From assembly GCA_947501605.1 (NCBI GenBank), contig CANMWZ010000005.1, positions 1-64,000 on the forward strand: a stretch of 64,000 bases of DNA, in the 5' to 3' direction. The position numbers and the translations under genes are program-made. Source of the DNA: Planctomycetota bacterium (GTDB lineage: Bacteria; Planctomycetota; UBA1135; UBA2386). Of the stretch, positions 59,885 to 64,000 are shown piece by piece. Every line of letters starts with the position of its first letter. Positions within the stretch are counted from its first letter, which is position 1. A model generated the notes under the pieces. That model was not told the DNA's origin and made no database searches. It saw nothing but the letters and a program-made list of their open reading frames with translations.

Positions 59885-62694
59885 TTTTGTACCTCGCGGT
59901 TGTCGACGGCGATCGCGCCGTTGCAGGCGACCAGCAGCACGCGGCTGCCGGGTTCGAACGGGTCTCCCGAGAACACGACGAAGTCCGCGTCGCGACCGCG
60001 CTGCAGCGAGCCGATGCGGTCGTCGAGTTGGAAGGCGCGCGCGGCATTGCTGGTGATCGCAGCGAGCGCTTGGTCTGGTGCCATGCCGTAGCGCACGGCG
60101 TAGGCCGCGTGCAGTGGCAAGAACCGCGCGCCGGCGCAGTCGCCAGTGCCGAACACGACCGGCAGGTCGAGGTCGCAGAATCGGGCGGCGGCATTCACGA
60201 GCTTGGCACCGTCCTCGCGAACCACTTCGGGTTCGAGCAGGACGGGTGGGCGGCTCTGACCCAACATGCTGCTGTCGTCGAGCAGGGCGTCGGCGCCGTG
60301 CAGCACGAACGGGAGCTTCTCGGCCGTCAACAGCGCGACGACGGCGCGGAGCGCGGCGAGGCGCTGCACGCGCACGACGAGCGCGGCGTGACCGCCGACG
60401 ACGGCGCGCATGGGTTCTTGGTTCTGGTCGACGTCCGGCTTCTTCGGTGCATCGCTGGGCTCGTCGTCGGCGAGCGCGGACGACGGCTTGCTGGTGCTGC
60501 CGCCAGTGGTCTTCGACACGCGCTTGGCTGTGAGTGGCTGGTCGCCCATGGGGCCGAGCGACAGGGTGCCGTCGAACGCATCGTCCTTGATGGTGCCTTC
60601 GATCGAGGCCGAGCCGCCCATGCCGCGGAACTCGAGCTTGAGCTTCGCTCCGTCGTAGGAGCCGGTCTCGATGCTCTGCTCCGGCAGTTCGCGTTCGCCG
60701 ATCGACATGCGGATCTTGCCGGTGACCTTCTCGCCTTGCAGTTCGAGGTCGAGCAGCACCTTGATCTGGAACCGGCCCTGAAGATCCAGCATCGCCTCCC
60801 AGGTGCCGGTGACGGGGTCCGGTTTGGCCTCCGCCTTCGGCTCGGGCGTCGGCGGCGGCGGCGCCGCTGGCTTCTTGCCCGACTTGTAATCGGCCATCGC
60901 CAGCTCCCAATCGGTCCAGGTCTTGGCGTATGCGCGCGCCCGGTCGATGGCTTCCTTCAGCGGTTTCTCGCTGTCGGGGCCGATCGCATCGAAGACCATG
61001 CGCTGCGCACAGATTGCGCGCACGAGCATGGCGTCGTGGTCGCGAGCGCCGGTCTTCACCGCCGTCACGCGCCCACTCATGAGCCCACCGTCCTTGCCCG
61101 AAGCGAGTACCGTGGTCACCCCTTGTTCGAGCGCCGCTTCGAACATCGGGTCGTCGAACGCGATCACCGTGTCGAGCGGCTGGCCGCTTGCACCGACGGG
61201 CACGCCGCTGCCTTCGCCGGCGAGACCGAGGTGGCTGTAGGCATCGACAAAGCCAGGCGTCATCACGGCGGTGGGCAGATCGACAATGCGGGCGCCGTAG
61301 GGGATCGACAGTTGTTCGCCGACGGCTTTGACGCGGCCGTTCTGCACCAGCAGCACGCCATCGCGAAACACCTTGCCGGTGCCGTCGAGGATCTTGCCGC
61401 AGCGGATCGCCAGCAGTTGGTCCTCCGTCGGCCGCTGGAAGGCGCGGTGGCCGTCGATCCAGGTGCTCTCGACCATCGTGCCGATGGCCAGCGGATCGCC
61501 ACTCAGCACGACGAAGTCGGCGTCCTTACCGGGCGCCAGCGTGCCGACGCGGTCTTGCACGCCGAGGATCGCGCTGGCATCGGCGCCAACTGCGCGCAGT
61601 GCGGCGGTAGCGGGCAGGCCGTTGCGGACCGCGAGGCCGACGGCGAGTAAGTAGTCGCGCAGCGGCGTGCCGGGCGCCGGTGCTAGGCCGACGGCCAGTC
61701 CGGCTGCGGCGGCGCGCGCGGGCGCATCGAAGTGCGCTTCGGGCAACTTCTGCGCGCGGTCTTCGCCGCCGGGATTGCTGCGGCCAAGCTGAACGGGCAG
61801 GCGAAAGACGGCGGCGAGACCCTGCTGCTTGCAGAGATCGGCGAGCGGCGCGATCTCCATCGGGTTCTCGAGCACCATCGGCATGCCGAACTCGCGCTGC
61901 AAGGTCAGGGCCCGGCGGATGTCGGCTGCGCGCCACGCCGCGGCGCGCACCGGCAGCCTGCCGGCGGCGGCCTGCGCCAGCGCCGTGCTGTCGTACTGGT
62001 TCTGAGCCGCCCCTTGCCCCTGAAGTCCGGTGGCGGTCTTCGCTTCGCGCAGCAGCGCGCGCAACTCGGCGAGCACCGCGATACGCGCAGTGGGCGTTTG
62101 GATGCGCGCGGGCAGCAGCGGGTCTTCGTCAGTCGGGTGGACCGTCGGCTCGAAGACGCGAGGCGCGTTGGTGCCGCCGTCGTCGAAGTTGAGGCGCAGG
62201 GACGCGTTCTCGCTCAGCACGCGCTGCACGAGATCGCGGCCCGCCGTCTTGACCACCGCGCCTTGGCCGGAGCACAGGCGTTGACGACCCGGCGAGAGAT
62301 AGACGGTAGTGACGCCACCCTCGAGTGCCGAGCGCAGTGGGTATTCGAAGTCGAAGCCGTCGATCGCGAGCACGTCGGGCGTGACGGCATACTCGTCGTC
62401 GCGTTCGGCGCCGAGATCGCTGTCGACCGCCACCAAGCCGGGCATCACAACCCGCCCGCTGGCGTCGACGATCGGCAGGTCGGTCGGTGCCGCGGTCTCG
62501 ATCGCCGCGATCTTGCCATTGCGCACGACCAGCCACGCATCGGCGACCGGCGGACTGCCATCGCCGCGGAGCAAGGTGCCGCAGCGCACCGCGAAGTCAC
62601 CGCTCGGCGGCGCCGGCGTCGCGGCATCCTGGGCGACGCTGGTTGGCGAGCAGAGTGCGAGCGCCGCGGTGAAGCGAAGCCACGTGCGCGACAT
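59881..62694 (-). CDS. secreted tandem two-domain amidohydrolase-fold protein (both domains degenerate)
   Basis: Domain 1 PGLVAVDSD...GTLAPGKDADF; domain 2 PGFVDAYSH...GSLQRGRDADF with an inserted beta-rich domain; alternative GTG start at 62700. Confidence 0.9.
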   Translation of the reverse strand: MSRTWLRFTAALALCSPTSVAQDAATPAPPSGDFAVRCGTLLRGDGSPPVADAWLVVRNGKIAAIETAAPTDLPIVDASGRVVMPGLVAVDSDLGAERDDEYAVTPDVLAIDGFDFEYPLRSALEGGVTTVYLSPGRQRLCSGQGAVVKTAGRDLVQRVLSENASLRLNFDDGGTNAPRVFEPTVHPTDEDPLLPARIQTPTARIAVLAELRALLREAKTATGLQGQGAAQNQYDSTALAQAAAGRLPVRAAAWRAADIRRALTLQREFGMPMVLENPMEIAPLADLCKQQGLAAVFRLPVQLGRSNPGGEDRAQKLPEAHFDAPARAAAAGLAVGLAPAPGTPLRDYLLAVGLAVRNGLPATAALRAVGADASAILGVQDRVGTLAPGKDADFVVLSGDPLAIGTMVESTWIDGHRAFQRPTEDQLLAIRCGKILDGTGKVFRDGVLLVQNGRVKAVGEQLSIPYGARIVDLPTAVMTPGFVDAYSHLGLAGEGSGVPVGASGQPLDTVIAFDDPMFEAALEQGVTTVLASGKDGGLMSGRVTAVKTGARDHDAMLVRAICAQRMVFDAIGPDSEKPLKEAIDRARAYAKTWTDWELAMADYKSGKKPAAPPPPTPEPKAEAKPDPVTGTWEAMLDLQGRFQIKVLLDLELQGEKVTGKIRMSIGERELPEQSIETGSYDGAKLKLEFRGMGGSASIEGTIKDDAFDGTLSLGPMGDQPLTAKRVSKTTGGSTSKPSSALADDEPSDAPKKPDVDQNQEPMRAVVGGHAALVVRVQRLAALRAVVALLTAEKLPFVLHGADALLDDSSMLGQSRPPVLLEPEVVREDGAKLVNAAARFCDLDLPVVFGTGDCAGARFLPLHAAYAVRYGMAPDQALAAITSNAARAFQLDDRIGSLQRGRDADFVVFSGDPFEPGSRVLLVACNGAIAVDNREVQK

Positions 62695-62696
62695 GT

Positions 62697-63992
62697 TCAC
62701 TTGCTCCCCGAGGCAGCCGCGCCGGTGCTCGATGTGTCGAGCAGATACTTCAGCCGTTGGTCCTTGCTGCGCTCGTAGACCAGTTGGCCTTCGAGGACGA
62801 CGGTCTCGACCCAAGTGGTCGCCTGCATCGGGTCACCGGTCACGATCTGCAGGTTGCCGAGCTTGCCGACTTCGAGCGTCGCGAGCTGGTCCTGCAGGCC
62901 GAGCAACTCGGCCGGCACGGTGGTGAGCGCAGCGTAGGCTGTGCTGGCGTCGATGCCTTGGCGCACGCAGGCAGCGAGCTGCCACCAGGGATACGAAGTC
63001 GGGCCGCTCTGCCCGAGGCTCAATGCGAACGGGATGCCGGCATCGGCCAACAGCTTGGCGACGCGGATCTTGGTCTCCTTGCGCGTCTCGGGGTCGGTCT
63101 CGAAGAACTCCAGCGTCTCGTCGAGCACAACGGGGTGTTTGGCGGCCTTCAGGAGGTCTACGGCGCGGTGCACTTGCGGCCCCAGCACTAGGACCAGATC
63201 GAGTTCTGTCTGCAGGCGCATGGCCTCCGGCACTTCGGCCGAGCCGGGCACATAGAGCCAACCGCGGGTCTTCTTCTGCAGCAGATCGAGCACCGGCTTC
63301 TTGGTGCGATCCCACTCTTCGGTCCACTTCTTGTCCTTGTCGATCGCACCCGACTTCTGCTCCTGTTCGAACTCGGCCTTGCGGCGGTCGAAGTCGGCGA
63401 GGTACTCGCGCGCGTCTTCGAGGGCTCGGCGCAGTTTGCGAATCTGCAGCAAGCGACCACCGCCCTGCGGTTGCAACGACAGCTTGAGCCCACTCTGGGT
63501 GCTGACGGCCATATCCTCGACCGTTCGGCCGAACGGGCGAACGACGATGCCCGAGCCGCCGAGCAGCGTCATGTTGCCGGGGATGGAATGCACGGTGCCA
63601 ATGCCCGAACGCAAGCAGTCCTCGAAGAAGGGGCTCGCCGGATCGAGTGCGTCGGAGATCTTGACGAACGCGACGTTTTCCATGCGCTCGTTGGCGCCGC
63701 GGGCACCGCCTTGGCTGTGCGCGAGGACCCAAGTTGGCAGCACGACTTTGCCGGTCGCGTCGAGGACCTTCGCTTCCCACGGCACTTCGATGTCGGCCAC
63801 GGGTCCGATCTTGGTGATGCGCCCATTCTCGATCAGCACGGTGGCGTTCTCGAGCACGGGCCCGTGCATCGTGTGCACTCGCCCGCCCTTGACCGCGATC
63901 AGGTCCTGCGCGCGCGCAGGAGCCGCGGCCAGCGCGGCGAACAGGAACGCGGACAGCGCGGTCGTTGCGACCGTTCGGCGAGTGGAGTTCAT
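62697..63992 (-). CDS. secreted amidohydrolase-fold protein (metal ligands largely lost)
   Basis: Signal peptide ending ARAQ; DATGKVVLPTWVLAHSQ; LEVGKLGNLQIVTGDP. Confidence 0.88.
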   Translation of the reverse strand: MNSTRRTVATTALSAFLFAALAAAPARAQDLIAVKGGRVHTMHGPVLENATVLIENGRITKIGPVADIEVPWEAKVLDATGKVVLPTWVLAHSQGGARGANERMENVAFVKISDALDPASPFFEDCLRSGIGTVHSIPGNMTLLGGSGIVVRPFGRTVEDMAVSTQSGLKLSLQPQGGGRLLQIRKLRRALEDAREYLADFDRRKAEFEQEQKSGAIDKDKKWTEEWDRTKKPVLDLLQKKTRGWLYVPGSAEVPEAMRLQTELDLVLVLGPQVHRAVDLLKAAKHPVVLDETLEFFETDPETRKETKIRVAKLLADAGIPFALSLGQSGPTSYPWWQLAACVRQGIDASTAYAALTTVPAELLGLQDQLATLEVGKLGNLQIVTGDPMQATTWVETVVLEGQLVYERSKDQRLKYLLDTSSTGAAASGSK

Positions 63993-64000
63993 TGCTTGGA

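Overview
High-GC bacterial chromosome segment, probably Planctomycetota (an inference from the protein repertoire). It is almost fully coding: about 45 CDS, one tRNA-Arg(ACG), and no rRNA, CRISPR array, integrase or transposase that I can see. Housekeeping and metabolic genes include a ClC channel, an HD-GYP protein, thiolase, two cyclophilins, crotonase, pabB/pabC-like genes, UvrD/PcrA, meaB, scpA, icmF, rarD, hutD and a GH29 fucosidase. Most interesting signals: (1) a secreted FG-GAP-repeat gene that the ORF track splits at an in-frame TGA (…HNW-UGA-CIG…). The TGA is followed immediately by a hairpin matching the bacterial SECIS model, so this is probably a selenoprotein with a vicinal Sec-Cys pair. 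(2) An FGE/C-type-lectin-fold gene of atypical composition followed by a decayed fragment resembling the HRDC-type accessory gene of diversity-generating retroelements, suggesting an orphan or remote DGR target. (3) A coupled array of at least 5 secreted amidohydrolase-fold genes (6 domains), only one of which keeps its metal ligands. (4) A sulP-dabA-dabB-nuoM-like inorganic carbon uptake operon. (5) A shared ~130-aa terminal module on three unrelated secreted proteins. (6) A recurrent leaderless-promoter signature. All family assignments come from motif recognition by eye; no searches were run.
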